Assembly: GCA_002269645.1 (NCBI GenBank)
Contig: NIVC01003123.1
Coordinates: forward strand, 1 to 64,000
DNA: 64,000 nucleotides
Reading direction: 5' to 3'
DNA from: Macrostomum lignano
Lineage: Eukaryota
Under the pieces are notes generated by a model. That model had not been told where the DNA came from. It was given only the letters and a program-made list of their open reading frames with translations, and did no database searches. Shown in pieces: positions 38,136 through 51,399 of this stretch; the stretch's first letter is position 1, and each line of letters begins with the position of its first letter. The position numbers and the translations under genes were made by a program.

Positions 38136-39329
38136 CACTGCGGGCCGGGCTCAGTGTGGCTACAAGTTGCAGCGTTGAAAAAACACCAGGGCCTGGCGTC
38201 TTCTTGCTCGGGCTTCATCACCGAAGCTGAGGCTGGGCCAACCCCAACTCAGCCCTCAGATCGATTCCTCAGTTTAGAAATCAGAGACAGCTTGGTGCAG
38301 GCATTCACCGAGAATGGCAATCGACTGTGGCATTCTTTGTTGCATCAATCTCTCGGCTACGAAACTACCCGTCTTGTAGCCCTAACCCACCTGTACTCGC
38401 TCGCCTCTTGCATGCTTTCATGGGCTGTTATAAATGCATTGCCGAGTAATCTGAGTTCCTCTTTTAGAAGTACTTTCTTCTTCTTTGGAGCCGGGCAGAT
38501 TCTCAACGGATGCTTTTCTTCATCGTCATTTCTAAATTGATTTTTTAGTGCGAAAAAAGCCATTTCTCTACTTAAAGTAGACTGACCGAGTTTGCGTCAA
38601 GTTTCAAAATGAACTTGTCGATTTGTAAAATTAATTAACAAGTAGGGCATTGGCGCCCATCTGGCTATTCGATTACCTGTTCCACGGATTAGGGCCAATT
38701 AGAGCTTTGACTTTTATCCTATCACAGACTCGAGTCATCTTCATGAAGTCGGATCGAATATAAGACTTCCCCGACTATAATCTGATCGGTCAGGCTTAAT
38801 CCCGAGGATTAGGGTTATCTGCCCTCAGTTCGGGATTGGGTCGTCCGAAGTTTTCTTTCCCAGTACCGGGCAAAACATGTCCATTACGTGTCCGCGCCTC
38901 GCCCCCCCCCCGAGTCCTCCGAGCCTGCATTTGATGAGGAGGCAGCTCAGCTCGGCCCGGGGATTAAATTAAGGGCCCAAGGAAGGATTAGGATTAGCGG
39001 CTGGCAAACAAAGTGGCATCTGAAGTGCAGAATTGAATTTGAGAGGCCGAGGAGTCGCTAGGAAAGGCGCTGAGTCTCCACGGAGCCATAAAATGCTGAG
39101 TGGCAAGCCGCAGACTCGCAGGCTGAGATGGGGGAGAGGCAGGGCGGTTGCTCTGTGATGGAGATTGAGCTGGTCGCCCACCGGCTGTGATTGGCTGCAT
39201 TGAAGCTGAGAATTATCTGAGGGACCCTGCTGCTTTTAGAAGAGGCAGAGACTCCGCTTTTGAGTTCCCCCATTCGATTCGGTGGGTTCGCGTCTGCGCT
39301 CGATTTCAAGTCTTTTACGGACTCGCAAT

Positions 39330-39462
39330 ATGAGCGGCCAAGAGCCGGCTCACCAGAGCCAGCATCCGCAGCCTCATCAGCTGCACGAGGGGCCCGCAGT
39401 GATGGGGCCGATGCACGTGGCCAGCGTGAGGCAGGGAGGCCACTTCCAGGACTCGCACATCG
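39330..39462 (+). CDS. Candidate alternative first coding exon of the stomatin gene (MSGQEPAHQSQHPQPHQLHEGPAVMGPMHVASVRQGGHFQDSHI)
   Basis: ATG with A at -3, 133 nt (3n+1), donor G|GTGAGG in phase 1, coding-like composition. Confidence 0.6.
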
Positions 39463-39539
39463 GTGAGGGGCTCTGATGGTTCCAGTCAGCGCGGATTAGT
39501 GCAATCTTGGATACTTTGTTTAGAATACCCAGGTAATCA

Positions 39540-39685
39540 GTTTGGAGTACACAGGTACTCAGGTTGGAATACTGAGGTACTCAGGTTAGAATATTTAGGT
39601 ACTCAGGTTAGAGTATTTAGGTACTCAGGTTAGAATACTCAGGTACTCAGGTTAGAGTACTTAGGTTACTCAGGTTACTCTTGAT
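39540..39685. repeat. Short degenerate ~20-22-bp repeat (GGTACTCAGGTTAGAATACTCA)
   Basis: About 6 diverged units. Confidence 0.75.
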
Positions 39686-40066
39686 CAGTTTGGAACACGC
39701 AGTTGCTTTTGTTGCACCACCCCGATGCTCATATGGAATCGGTATTTGCTTTGAAGATCATGACTGTAGCCGAGTGTCTTAGGCACCGCAGATTGAAGGC
39801 AGCCCCAAGCGGGAGCTGGCGGGACGCGCTAATTAGCTGTGGGATCCCAGAGGTGCTAGAGGCGCGGCATTGCGCTCTCCTTCATCCGGGATAGAGCACT
39901 AAATCTTCTCATCTCCATGCGGGATAAGCATCTCTGACAATCATAGTCCAAGCCAAACCTCAGCATTGGAGCATGGATTCCATAAATAATTCAACTTCCT
40001 ACTCTGATCCAGAGCTGCCTGCTGTCGCTGCAGTTCGTCTGCCGCTTCTCCCAGCCATGTCTGCCC

Positions 40067-40276
40067 TGACTGACTGACTGACTGACTGACTGACTGACTG
40101 ACTGACTGACTGACTGACTGACTGACTGACTGACTGACTGACTGACTGACTGACTGACTGACTGACTGACTGACTGACTGACTGACTGACTGACTGACTG
40201 ACTGACTGACTGACTGACTGACTGACTGACTGACTGACTGACTGACTGACTGACTGACTGACTGACTGACTGACTG
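40067..40276. repeat. (TGAC)n microsatellite
   Basis: Direct reading. Confidence 0.98.
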
Positions 40277-41346
40277 CTCCGTTTGTCACTAAGCCAGTAG
40301 GAAGCTGCTCATGAGCCCTGAAGAGAGTGAAAGCTAGCCTAAAAATAGTCTCTAAAAACCCTTGAGAGCTTCTTTAGAATTTCTTGGCTCAGTGAAAGCA
40401 CGCAAAGCCGGCGGCAGGGACCCTCTTCAATCGCTAGCGAAGCAGCAGAGGAGCTCCAGTTGCCTGAGATCAGGTCAATTTGTTTCCATGGGTTTCTTTT
40501 GTACCTGCCGGGAAAGTCTCTGTTCCGCCCTCCCTTAACTCCAACGAACCCGGAGGCAGGAGGAAAATTCTTTGACTTAAAATTCTGGACACTAAATCTG
40601 GTGCAAATCGCTATCTACTGTACTGATAGTAGCACTGTTAAAGCATGATATGCTAACTGACTGGCTTATCAAGGCTGCGGAAAGTCAATTTTCTAATACG
40701 ATTCCAATCCCAGTAGTCAGACTTTCCACCTATACTCAGGCTGTTTTACTAGCGGGAAAATTTTCCTCAGCAAGCACACCTGCCCCTGAAAGTAAGCCAT
40801 GGATGGATAAGCCAGGCAAGTGCTTTCGCCAGAATTTCGGCCACCCCCTCGGGCCACTCTCGGTTTGGGCCGATCGAAGTTAGCAGCAGCCAATCTGTAC
40901 ACCTCAGCGACTCCCGGAGAGGCAGAGCTGAAGGAGCCGGGGAAGCCAAATTGCTTTCATCGTCTCGTGGGCAGCAGAAAGCAGAAGTAGAAGTTGTGAG
41001 GGCTGCAGCAGGCTGGCCAACAAAACTGGCTGCCTGGCGGATCGATAATCAATGCAGGGTGCATTGTCAGTCATGTCTCCCCCTCCCATTTGTTTCTGTT
41101 CCCTGTTCCAGAGTTTCTGATAAAATGGACTATCTGGAATATCCCCTCTCCCGGCCAATCACAGGGCGCCTTCTGCGGGGCTTCTCTGTTAAAATTTGCA
41201 CTCCAACACTCTCCAATAGCAAGGGCGCCCCCGGGCCGCTTGATCCCCCTCTAAATTAGCATCCGATCGCAGTCCATAGTCGACTCTCCGCCATCTATTT
41301 AGAGAATCTTAGCCGTTGTTAACTGCTCCGATTCTGTCTAGTTGGC

Positions 41347-41398
41347 ATGCTCGGCGACCGGGACAAGCTGCCGGCCACTGGGCCGCTGAGCGAGCCGG
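41347..41398 (+). CDS. Candidate alternative first coding exon of the stomatin gene (MLGDRDKLPATGPLSEP)
   Basis: 52 nt (3n+1) with a strong donor G|GTAAGG in phase 1. Confidence 0.55.
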
Positions 41399-41622
41399 GT
41401 AAGGCGGGCCCTGCTGCTGGCCGGTCGGACTGACAACCTCCCAGCTCGTCAGCGATAAGCAAAATTGGGGGATAAGAGTGGGAATTGGGATCCTGCGGGG
41501 CATAAGACCAGCTGGACAGCGGGCCAGGCCAGCCTGGGAATCTTTTGCCGCGGAGGAAAAGAAATCACCACTGCCGCTGATGCTTCTCTCGCCGCCGCAC
41601 GTCAGCCAGTTGCTGCTTTTAG

Positions 41623-41766
41623 CTGGCGGCAGGCGCCAACTTGGCGAGGCCGCCGACGACATTGCCGGGGCCGGTTCCGACGCTGGCGCCAGCGGATTCG
41701 GCGGCCACGCCGGCTGTTGCGCCAAATGCTGCACAGCCGTGATCCTCAGCTGCGGCGGTCCCGGCG
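41623..41766 (+). CDS. Candidate symmetric (phase 1-1) 144-nt cassette exon, Cys-rich (xGGRRQLGEAADDIAGAGSDAGASGFGGHAGCCAKCCTAVILSCGGPG)
   Basis: Acceptor TGCTGCTTTTAG|CT and donor G|GTCAGC. The length is divisible by 3 and the frame is compatible with both the first exons and core exon 42535. Confidence 0.45.
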
Positions 41767-41787
41767 GTCAGCGGCTGCTTGGCCCTG

Positions 41788-42347
<560 letters not shown>

Positions 42348-42534
42348 CCAGTCCTCAAAGACTCACTGAATCATTTCACAAGCCGCTCAGAACCGTGTTT
42401 ATAAGCTAACATATTCGATTTTTGCTCCCTATTTGCTCCCGGCGCCAGAGTGTGACAGAGTTCTGGGCGCTGCAATGTAAAGTACAAGCAATGGCCGTTT
42501 AAACATGCACTACTACTTTTATTACCATTTACAG

Positions 42535-42644
42535 GCGCCCAACGCGGTGCCAAAGGTATCGGAGTCTGCGGCATAGTGCTTCTGTTCCTGTCCTATGGCC
42601 TCACCATTGTCACCTTTCCGTTCTCGTTGTGCCTCTGCATCAAA
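42535..42644 (+). CDS. stom: Stomatin/MEC-2-like core exon 1 (membrane hairpin GVCGIVLLFLSYGLTIVTFPFSLCLCIK)
   Basis: Phase-1 acceptor TTTACAG|GC and donor AAA|GTAAGT, with the conserved hairpin Pro and Cys residues. Confidence 0.92.
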
Positions 42645-42808
42645 GTAAGTTGATCGATCTCATATACTGTTATAATAATTCGTGTGTCACTCGCTTAGAT
42701 TATCTTGAGTCATTATTTTGAGTCATTATTTTGAGTCATTGGTGCTCGATAAATGTCATAGTGCATCACTCATTGCTCATAGCTCTCAACCAATTCATTA
42801 TCTGGCAG

Positions 42809-42964
42809 GTGGTGGCCGAATACGAACGAGCCGTGATCTTCCGCCTCGGTCGCATAGTGGAGGGCGGCGCCAAGGGCCCCGGCCTGTTCTTCGTGGTGCC
42901 CTGCATGGACGTGATCCGCAAAGTGGACCTCAGAACCGTCACCTTTGATGTGCCGCCACAGGAG
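42809..42964 (+). CDS. stom: Stomatin core exon 2 ([15 protein letters not shown]...[14 protein letters not shown])
   Basis: SPFH-domain signature, AG/GT boundaries, 156 nt. Confidence 0.97.
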
Positions 42965-43009
42965 GTGGGTGGGCAGAATTTCTCTGCATTTTGTTTTAGT
43001 TTAGATTTC

Positions 43010-43150
43010 TATGGTGCTGACCCAGCCCTGTAATGACAGGGTGCTGACCCAGCCCTGTAATGAGAGGGTGCTGACCCAGCCCTGTAATGACAGGGTGCTG
43101 ACCCAGCATTTTAATGACAGGGTGCTGACCCAGCCCTGTAATGACAGGGT
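43010..43150. repeat. 27-bp intronic minisatellite (GGTGCTGACCCAGCCCTGTAATGACAG)
   Basis: About 5 units. Confidence 0.9.
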
Positions 43151-43559
43151 GCCGAGAATAAAGCGAGCAACAGGCGTCATTTTCCATAAATTCTGAATCG
43201 AATTTATCAATGCAAGTCTGATTCGACAAGTCCCAGAGGCCCACCCAGATCGCACAGCCTCCCGCTTCATCGTTCTCCATCTCCCAGCTCGTAGAATCTT
43301 TTCCTGCGTTGCTGCGCCAAAACAGCGGCGCCTCCGGGTAATCAGATTTTCCTGATTGGATGAGCGGATGCTTCTGAGCTTCTTAGGAATGGCTGAGTAG
43401 CACTCGAGCACTGTCTGTACTTTTATCGACTGCGGATAGTTGCTGTGGTCAGCGTTTCCGGTGTGAAGAGTGGCGCCATCCTAGATAGTTACCAGAATTC
43501 AGGATTATTTTCCTCTTAATAATCCTGACTTTGTACTTAAGAGGTGCTACAGTTGCTAG

Positions 43560-44375
43560 ATTCGGCCATACGCTCGTAGATACTAGAATCGGCCATAGAT
43601 TCCATGCAGATTTGGCCAAAGATTTCATGCAGATTCGGCCATAGATTCCATGCAGATTCGGCCATAGATTCCATGCAGATTCGGCCATAGATTCCTTGCA
43701 GATTCGGCCATAGATTCCTTGCAGATTCGGCCATAGATTCCATGCAGATTCGGCCATAGATTCCTTGCAGATTCGGCCATAGATTCCATGCAGATTCGGC
43801 CATAGATTCCTTGCAGATTCGGCCATAGATTCCATGCAGAGTCGGCCATAGATTTCATGCAGATTCGGCCATAGATTTCATGCAGATTCGGCCATAGATA
43901 CTAGATTTGGCCATAGATACTAGATTCGGCCATAGATACTAGATTCGGTCATAGATACTAGATTCGGTCATAGATACTAGATTCGGTCATAGATACTAGA
44001 TTTGGCCATAGATACTAGATTCGGCCATGTACACTATATTCGGTCATAGATACTAGATTCGGCCATAGATTCTAGATTCGGTCATAGATAGTAGATTCGG
44101 CCATAGATTCTAGATTCGACCATAGATACTAGATTCGGCCATAGATACTAGATTCGGCCATAGATACTAGATTCGGCGCCACGGATACTAGATTCGGCGC
44201 CTCAAATACTATACTAGATTTGGCCATAAATACTAGATTAGGCCATAGATACTAGATTCGGCCATAGATACTAGATTCGGCGCCATGGATTCTAGCTTCG
44301 GTGCTGCAGATTCTAGATTCGGCGCCACAAATTCTGGATTCAGCGCCGCAGATTTTAGATTCGGCGCCGCAGATA
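43560..44375. repeat. Intronic array grading from a 23-bp unit (GATTCCATGCAGATTCGGCCATA) to a 19-bp unit (GATACTAGATTCGGCCATA)
   Basis: The unit changes visibly near 43895. Confidence 0.92.
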
Positions 44376-45054
44376 CTAGTCTAACCAAAAAATGTAAAAA
44401 AAAGACAAGAAGCGCGCAGTCCTTTATCAACCCATCTGCAGATCCGCAGGCTATAAAATCTGACTGATAGTTGAGGACGAGCAGCCTAAGAAAGGCAACC
44501 CTAATAGATGGAGAAGGCTGACAGGCCTTTGGGCTGCGTGAGGCAGGACAAGAGCTCTAGGATCAAGGAAGACAGGGAAAGAGGATTGGGATTAGGGGGA
44601 AGAATTAAATCCGATAGGGAGGAAGGACGGAAGCAAGGAAGCTATTAAAATTGGGAGGCAAGAATGCGGGAACTCGGAAATAAATTCTAATTGGCCCGAG
44701 CTGCACTAAAAGCGGGATATTCTACCCCAGCGTAGACATCAGAGAGTGTTGAGCTTAGCGGAGCTGAGGTGACTCTTTGAGTTAATTAAGCTTTTTCCCC
44801 GGCTGCTCAGACTTAGGGCGAGCTCGGGCTCCGCGGGTGGCGCCAGAGTTGCGGCACGAAAATCTCCCAATTTTATCGGACAGACCAGCAAATGCCTGGG
44901 TACTGATTGCGATTAAGATGAATGGCTGGTCCATTGTGTATAAGCTCTGCATTCAGCCCAGAGTCAGCCCAGACAGACACTATTGTAGAAAGACAGACAC
45001 TAAGACAGAAGCAAAGACAGACCCAGAGACACACTACAAAAGATTCTAAACAGA

Positions 45055-45830
45055 CACTAAGACTCGGACACTAAGACTCGGACACTAAGACTCGGACACT
45101 AAGACTCGGACACTAAGACTCAGACACTAAGACTCAGACTAATACTTAGACACTAAGACACTCAGACACTAAGACTCAGACACTAAGACTATGACACTAA
45201 GACTCAGACTAATACTCAGACACTAAGACACTCAGACACTAAGACTCAAACACTAAGACTCGGACACTAAGACTCAGACACTAAGACTCAGACACTAAGA
45301 CTCAGACACTAAGACTCAGACTAAGACTCAGACACTAAGACTCAGATACTAAGACTCGGACACTAAGACTCGACAATAAGACTCAGACACTAAGACTCGG
45401 ACACTACTAATACTTAGACACTAAGACACTCAGACACTAAGACTCAGACACTAAGACTCAGACACTAAGACTCAGACACTAAGACTCAGACACTAAGACT
45501 CAGACACTAAGACACTCAGACACTAAGACTCAGACACTAAGACTATGACACTAAGACTCAGACTAATACTCAGACACTAAGACTCGGACACTAAGACTCA
45601 GACACTAAGACTCGGACACTAAGACTGGAACACTAAGACACTAAGACTCAGACACTAAGACTCGGACACTAAGACTCAGACACTAAGACTCGGGCACTAA
45701 GACTCGGACACTAAGACTCGGACACTAAGACTGGAACACTATGACACTAAGACTCGGACACTAAGACTCAGACACTAAGACTCGGACACTAAGACACTCA
45801 GATGCTAAGACTCGGACACTATGACAGCCA
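45055..45830. repeat. 14-bp intronic minisatellite (GACACTAAGACTCA)
   Basis: Direct reading; the array ends about 55 bp before the acceptor at 45889. Confidence 0.95.
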
Positions 45831-45888
45831 ATCAGTCAAGCACGGACAGGCATGCAGACAGACGGTCTCAATCCCGGTGGCATTGCAG

Positions 45889-46092
45889 GTGCTCACCAAG
45901 GACTCGGTGACGGTGGCAGTGGACGCAGTCGTGTACTACCGCATCTACAACCCAGTGATCGCCGTGACCAACGTAGAGGACGCGGACCGGTCCACCCGCC
46001 TGCTGGCCGCCACCACCCTGCGCAACGTGCTGGGCACGAAGAACCTGTCCGAGATTCTGTCCGAGAGAGAGAGCATCAGCGCCATGATGCAG
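45889..46092 (+). CDS. stom: Stomatin core exon 3 (VLTKDSVTVAVDAVVYYR...LRNVLGTKNLSEILSERESISAMMQ)
   Basis: SPFH signature, CAG|GTG acceptor and CAG|GTGCGG donor, 204 nt. Confidence 0.97.
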
Positions 46093-46237
46093 GTGCGGTG
46101 TGGGGGGCATTTGGCTGAATGGGCAAACAATAAACTGGTGAAGCGGAGGGACAGGGAAGCTCAGCTGTAACTTTTTGGACTGGCGCTAAAGCGTCCATAA
46201 AATGTTAATAATGATACTAATAATTTATTAAATCTGC

Positions 46238-46485
46238 CCTGATGGCCAGATGTGCAACCGACAGCTCAGCCGCTGCTATTTGCGCGGCGCATCTGAAGGC
46301 TGCGTACGGCTGTTCAGTCCAAGGACTGGGGGGTCGCCACACACAGCCTCAATTACCCCAGCTATTGCATTTTACAGCTGGGTGAACTGAAGCAATGCAG
46401 AGTTAAGTATCTTGATCAAGGAGTGGGTCGAGAATCGAACCCCCCACCTCTCAGTCGTGAGTTCGAAGTCGTGAGCCTCCATTAA
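46238..46485 (-). mobile_element. tRNA-derived SINE family 1 copy
   Basis: Matches 22798-23062. Confidence 0.85.
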
Positions 46486-46489
46486 AGGC

Positions 46490-46675
46490 TGCATTAATTT
46501 TGGGCTCGTCAATAAAAATTGGACTGAAGCCTGTCGGGCCCTGGGCGCATGAGGGCCAACCACCCCAAGGCACAGAGAGTGTACATGCCTGACGAATAGA
46601 CAGTCAGGGCCGCTGTACACCCTGTGTGAGCGTGTGTGTGAGTGCGTGCCTGTGTACATTATCGGCGCAGTTGTA
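46490..46675 (+). mobile_element. Partial SINE family 2-related copy
   Basis: CCCCAAGGCACAG...GTGTACATGCCT...CCGCTGTACACC matches the reverse complement of the 33010 and 35300 copies. Confidence 0.6.
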
Positions 46676-47045
46676 CATGTATGTGCTGGGCAGAATTTCC
46701 TTGGAGTCAGTGGAATGGGCAGAATTTCCTCAGCCGCTGGTTGCGGGACGATGTCAGGGTGCATGGACAACTAAAGTACAAGGACGCTGCACTCGATTTT
46801 CTTAGAAATGTGCGATAGGCCGGTAATATAGCTGCTTGCAGCCCATTTGGGCTTATGCGCATTACATTTAATCCAATATACGTTTGCCAATGTAGTGGAG
46901 CTTTTGTCTATGGTAGCAAGGCTGGCACAGCGGCATTTAATTTGGTCCAACAAGCATCAGTTTGGTCCATAGCTTCATTTGCAACTGCTGCGGAGGAGCA
47001 AGATCAGCCACAGAATTGTGGACCATGTGCTAGACTGTTGAACGA

Positions 47046-47150
47046 ATGATCGAAGCACTCGACAGAGGTGAACACCAAAAGGACATTGCAAGGTTGCTGA
47101 ATGTAAAAAAAGAAAATATGGTTTGCAGCATCCATCAGCGCGTTGAAACT
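47046..47150 (+). mobile_element. Possible pogo/Tigger or Tc1-type HTH remnant
   Basis: IEALDRGEHQKDIARLLNV resembles the N-terminal HTH of such transposases. No catalytic domain or TIRs were found. Confidence 0.35.
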
Positions 47151-48160
47151 CTGCCGGCAGAGATCGCCTGCGAAAGAGTGGCAATCGCCAAGGCAAGTTG
47201 CTCGAGAGCGTCAGGTCCAACTGCTACTCGATGCAGTTGAGACGAAACTTTTGTTGACGTTGCCAAAAATGCAGCAGAAGTTGAAGTACCAGTTCCAGTT
47301 GGTTATCACTTGGTTCCAGTTGGTTACTACCAGCCGAGCTCTGGAAAACCAACTGAAAATTGTTGGTAGAGACGCTGACATTCCAGCGGTGCGCAACAAC
47401 CCGCAGACGGTTGCGAGAAGGCACCGATTTCTTCCGAGAATACTAAAAGCATTAGTGATACGACTAATGTAGGCAGCGCCCAAGGTCCCGAGCAAACTCA
47501 CTGGGGGAGCCAAGGGCAAGCGTTACCGGTAGTTGAACAGGCAATGCATCAGACAGGATTAACGTTTCTCTAATCCTACACCAGACTCGTTTCCTGAAAT
47601 CCATCGGTTTCATAGCCAGCCTGCAGGCCTCTCTCTAGCGAAGATTTCAACACAAAAAAGTTGCAACAAGTTGTTTGAATAGTTCAACTCAGAAGAGTCA
47701 AGCCTCTGTGGACGGGCGTGGCGCTGTGATGAAGCATATTTGAGCTCGCAAATGGATTAGAGCGAGCTAAAATTCGTTGCAAGTTGAAGCGGTGCAGTTT
47801 AAGCGGCAACAGAATTGCTGCTGATAGCGCATCCGCTCACCCTGCCAGCGATCCCCGCAATTATTCTCATGGGGCTGGGGGAGGCTGGGGGAGGCTGTGG
47901 GAGGCTGAGGGCCGGAGGCAACGCTGGCGAGACCCATCTGCCCATTTTTATGCACTTTTGCGCCTCTGGCGCAGCGGCAACACGCAAAAAGAGGAAATTA
48001 AAGAGAGCAGCTTACAGCTGTCAAAAAAGTCTGCGAATGCATTTTTCCGTTTGCCCATTGATGCGGAGACCCAGCTCTGTTGGGAATTTTAGGCGACAGT
48101 ATTGGCGCAGAGAGAAAAGAGAAAATGTTGTTAAAATGCTAATAATTCGAAATATTCCAG

Positions 48161-48216
48161 GAGACACTGGACGAAGCGACGCACCCGTGGGGTGTCAAGG
48201 TGGAGCGGGTTGAAGT
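48161..48216 (+). CDS. stom: Stomatin core exon 4 (ETLDEATHPWGVKVERVEV)
   Basis: PWGVKVERVE signature, TTCCAG| acceptor and GT|GTAAGT donor in phase 2. Confidence 0.95.
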
Positions 48217-48249
48217 GTAAGTGATGCAACAGTTCTGCTTCTAACTTGC

Positions 48250-49065
48250 GATCCTCACCTTCGCTGACCAATCACAGCTTCATCTCTTCCTCATCTTCAC
48301 TGACCAATCACAGCTTCATCTCCTCCTCTCCTCATCTTCGCTGACCAATCACAGCTTCATCTCCTCTCCTCTCCTCACCTTCGCTGACCAATCACAGCTT
48401 CATCTCCTCTCCTCTCCTCATCTTTGCTGACCAATCACAGCTTCATCTCCTCCTCTCCTCACCTTCGCTGACCAATCACAGCTTCATCTCCTCTCCTCTC
48501 CTTACCTTCGCTGACCAATCACAGCTTCATCTCCTCTCCTATCCTCACCTTCGCTGATCAATCACAGCTTCATCTCCTCTCCTATCCTCACCTTCGCTGA
48601 TCAATCACAGCCTCATCTCCTCTCCTCTCCTCACCTTCGCTGACCAATCACAGCTTCATCTCTTCTTTTATCCTCACCTTCGCTGACCAATCACAGCTTC
48701 ATCTCCTCTCCTCTCCTCACCTTGCTGACCAATCATAGCTTCATCTCCTCTCTTATCCTCACCTTCGCTAACCAATCACAGCTTCATCTCCTCTCCTATC
48801 CTCACCTTCGCTGATCAATCACAGCTTCATCTCCTCTCCTCTCCTCACCTTCGCTGACCAATCGCAGCTTCATCTCTTCTTTTATCCTCACCTTCGCTGA
48901 CCAATCACAGCTTCATCTCCTCTCCTCTCCTCACCTTGCTGACCAATCACAGCTTCATCTCCTCTCCTCTCCTCACCTTGCTGACCAATCACAGCTTCAT
49001 CTCCTCTCCTCTCCTCACCTTGCTGACCAATCACAGCTTCATCTCCTCTCTTATTCTCACCTTCG
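48250..49065. repeat. 43-bp intronic minisatellite, each unit containing CCAATCAC
   Basis: CTGACCAATC occurs at 48341 and 48384; the array fills almost the whole intron. Confidence 0.93.
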
Positions 49066-49104
49066 CTCAGTCTAAAAGCCCCCGTGAATCGCCATGTTTT
49101 ACAG

Positions 49105-49183
49105 CAAGGACGTCCGACTTCCGGTGCAGCTTCAGCGAGCCATGGCGGCTGAAGCCGAGGCTGCCAGAGAGGCCAGAGCCAAG
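49105..49183 (+). CDS. stom: Stomatin core exon 5 (KDVRLPVQLQRAMAAEAEAAREARAK)
   Basis: The acceptor completes the phase-2 codon, and the donor is AAG|GTCAGT. Confidence 0.96.
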
Positions 49184-49364
49184 GTCAGTTGCCTATTGGA
49201 AAGCCAACAGAAGATTTAGCAAGCTTTGGGTTGCACAGAGTCTCTTATTCTGTGTCAAGTAGAGCACTGTACAGCCGACCCTTTGCTTACAGCTGCCGTC
49301 GGGGTTGCAAGATGCTTAATGCTAAAACCGCTGAAATGGAACATTGCAGCTCCTTTTCTCCTAT

Positions 49365-49475
<111 letters not shown>

Positions 49476-49974
49476 AGGATATGGGAAATACAGTGTTCAT
49501 TCCATGCGGGGAGTAGACAGACTCGCAACTCTCCACTCTTGTTCTCACTTCCTCGTATTGAGTAGTCCCCGTTTCTCTCCCCCAACCTCTCCTGTTCCAA
49601 GTCCTGTTCCAAGCTGATCAATTTCTAAGGCTGAGTGGGAAACTTCCTTGCACGAAGTCTCGGTATGAGCGCGCAATTTTGTAGATTGACAGGACGGTCG
49701 TCAGTGCCTTCTGCCTTTCCCCCCTCTTGGCCTCAATACATCTCCTGACACTCTGCTTCTGTCTGCCGCTCGATTCTCCTGCAGTGACAGCAATGCTGTC
49801 CAGCTAGCAGCACTTGGCAAATATTTGTGAATAGGGAGGCCGACTTTGGCTTGTTTAAACAAATTGGAATTGTTTGGCTAGAATTCAATGAATACTGTGC
49901 AGGATGTCGGCAGTTAGTCCATTTTGACAGAAACATCCCTTCAACTGTTCTTTTGACTCACTTTCCCATTCTGT

Positions 49975-51275
49975 AACTCTGTGATTCCCTCTCTATCACT
50001 CTCTGATTCCCTCTCTATCACTCTCTGATTCCCGCTTTATCACACTCTGATTCCCGCTCTATCATACTCTGATTCCCGCTCTATCACCCTGTGATTCCCT
50101 CTCTATCACTCTCTGATTCCCTCTCTATCACTCTCTGATTCCCTCTCTATCACTCTCTGATTCCCGCTCTATCACTCTCTGATTCCCGCTCTATCACTCT
50201 CTGATTCCCACTCTATCACTCTCTAGTTCCCTTTCTATCACTCTCTGATTCCCACTCTATCACTCTCTGATTCCCTCTCTATCACTCTCTGATCCCCACT
50301 CTATCAATCTCTGATTCCCGCTCTCTCACTCTGTGATTCCCGCTCTATCACTCTCTGATTACTTCTATCACACTCTGATTCCCTCTCTATCACTCTCTGA
50401 TTACTTCTATCACACTCTGATTCCCGCTCTATCACTCTCTGATTCCCGCTCTATCACTCTCTGATTCCCGCTCTATCACTTTGTGATTCCCGCTCTATCA
50501 CTCTCCGATTCCCTCTCTATCAATCTCCGATTCCCGCTCTCTCACTCTCTGATTCATGCTCTATCACTTTCTGATTCCCGCTCTATCACACTCTGATTCC
50601 CTCTCTATCACACTCTGATTCCCGCTCTATCACTCTCTGATTCCCTCTCTATCACTCTGTGATTCCCGCTCTATCACTCTCTGATTCCCTCTCTATCACT
50701 CTGTGATTCCCGCTCTATCACTCTCTGATTCCCTCTCTATCACCCTCTGTTTCCCTCTCTATCACTCTCTGATTCCCGCTCTATCACTCTCTGATTCCCG
50801 CTCTATCACTCTCTGATTCCCGCTCTATCACACTCTGATTCCCTCTCTATCACTCTCTGATTACTTCTATCACACTCTGATTCCCGCTCTATCACTCTCT
50901 GATTCCCTCTCTATCACCCTCTGTTTCCCTCTCTATCACTCTCTGATTCCCGCTCTATCACTCTCTGATTCCCGCTCTATCACTCTCTGATTCCCGCTCT
51001 ATCACACTCTGATTCTCTCTCTATCACTCTCTGATTACTTCTATCACACTCTGATTCCCGCTCTATCACTCTCTGATTCCCGCTCTATCACTCTCCGATT
51101 CCCGCTCTATCACTCTCTGATTCCCGCTCTATCACTCTCCGATTCCCGCTCTATCACTCTCTGATTCCCTCTCTATCACTCTGTGATTCCCGCTCTATCA
51201 CTCTCTGATTCCCTCTCTATCACTCTGTGATTCCCGCTCTATCACCCTCTGTTTCCCGCTCTATCACCCTCTGAC
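49975..51275. repeat. 22-bp intronic minisatellite (CTCTATCACTCTCTGATTCCCG)
   Basis: Direct reading, with an internal ~185-bp higher-order duplication near 50742 and 50927. Confidence 0.95.
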
Positions 51276-51399
51276 TCTTGCGATTCCAAGCTCCCTCAGT
51301 CACCTTCCCATCCAGTTTTACCCACCCCCCAAAGCTCCCATCAGCACCATCGCCCATTCCTTAATCTGTGCCCAAACAACACCTGCCGCAACTCCGCAG

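Noticed and set aside
40318-40345. CUGAAGA...GAAA second hammerhead candidate
   Set aside because: There is no room for stem II and no stems I or III.
40650-40791. Phase-1 ATG...A|GTAAGC candidate first exon
   Set aside because: The phase is compatible but the composition is AT-richer and unlike the other exons. It is mentioned only as a weak candidate and not annotated.
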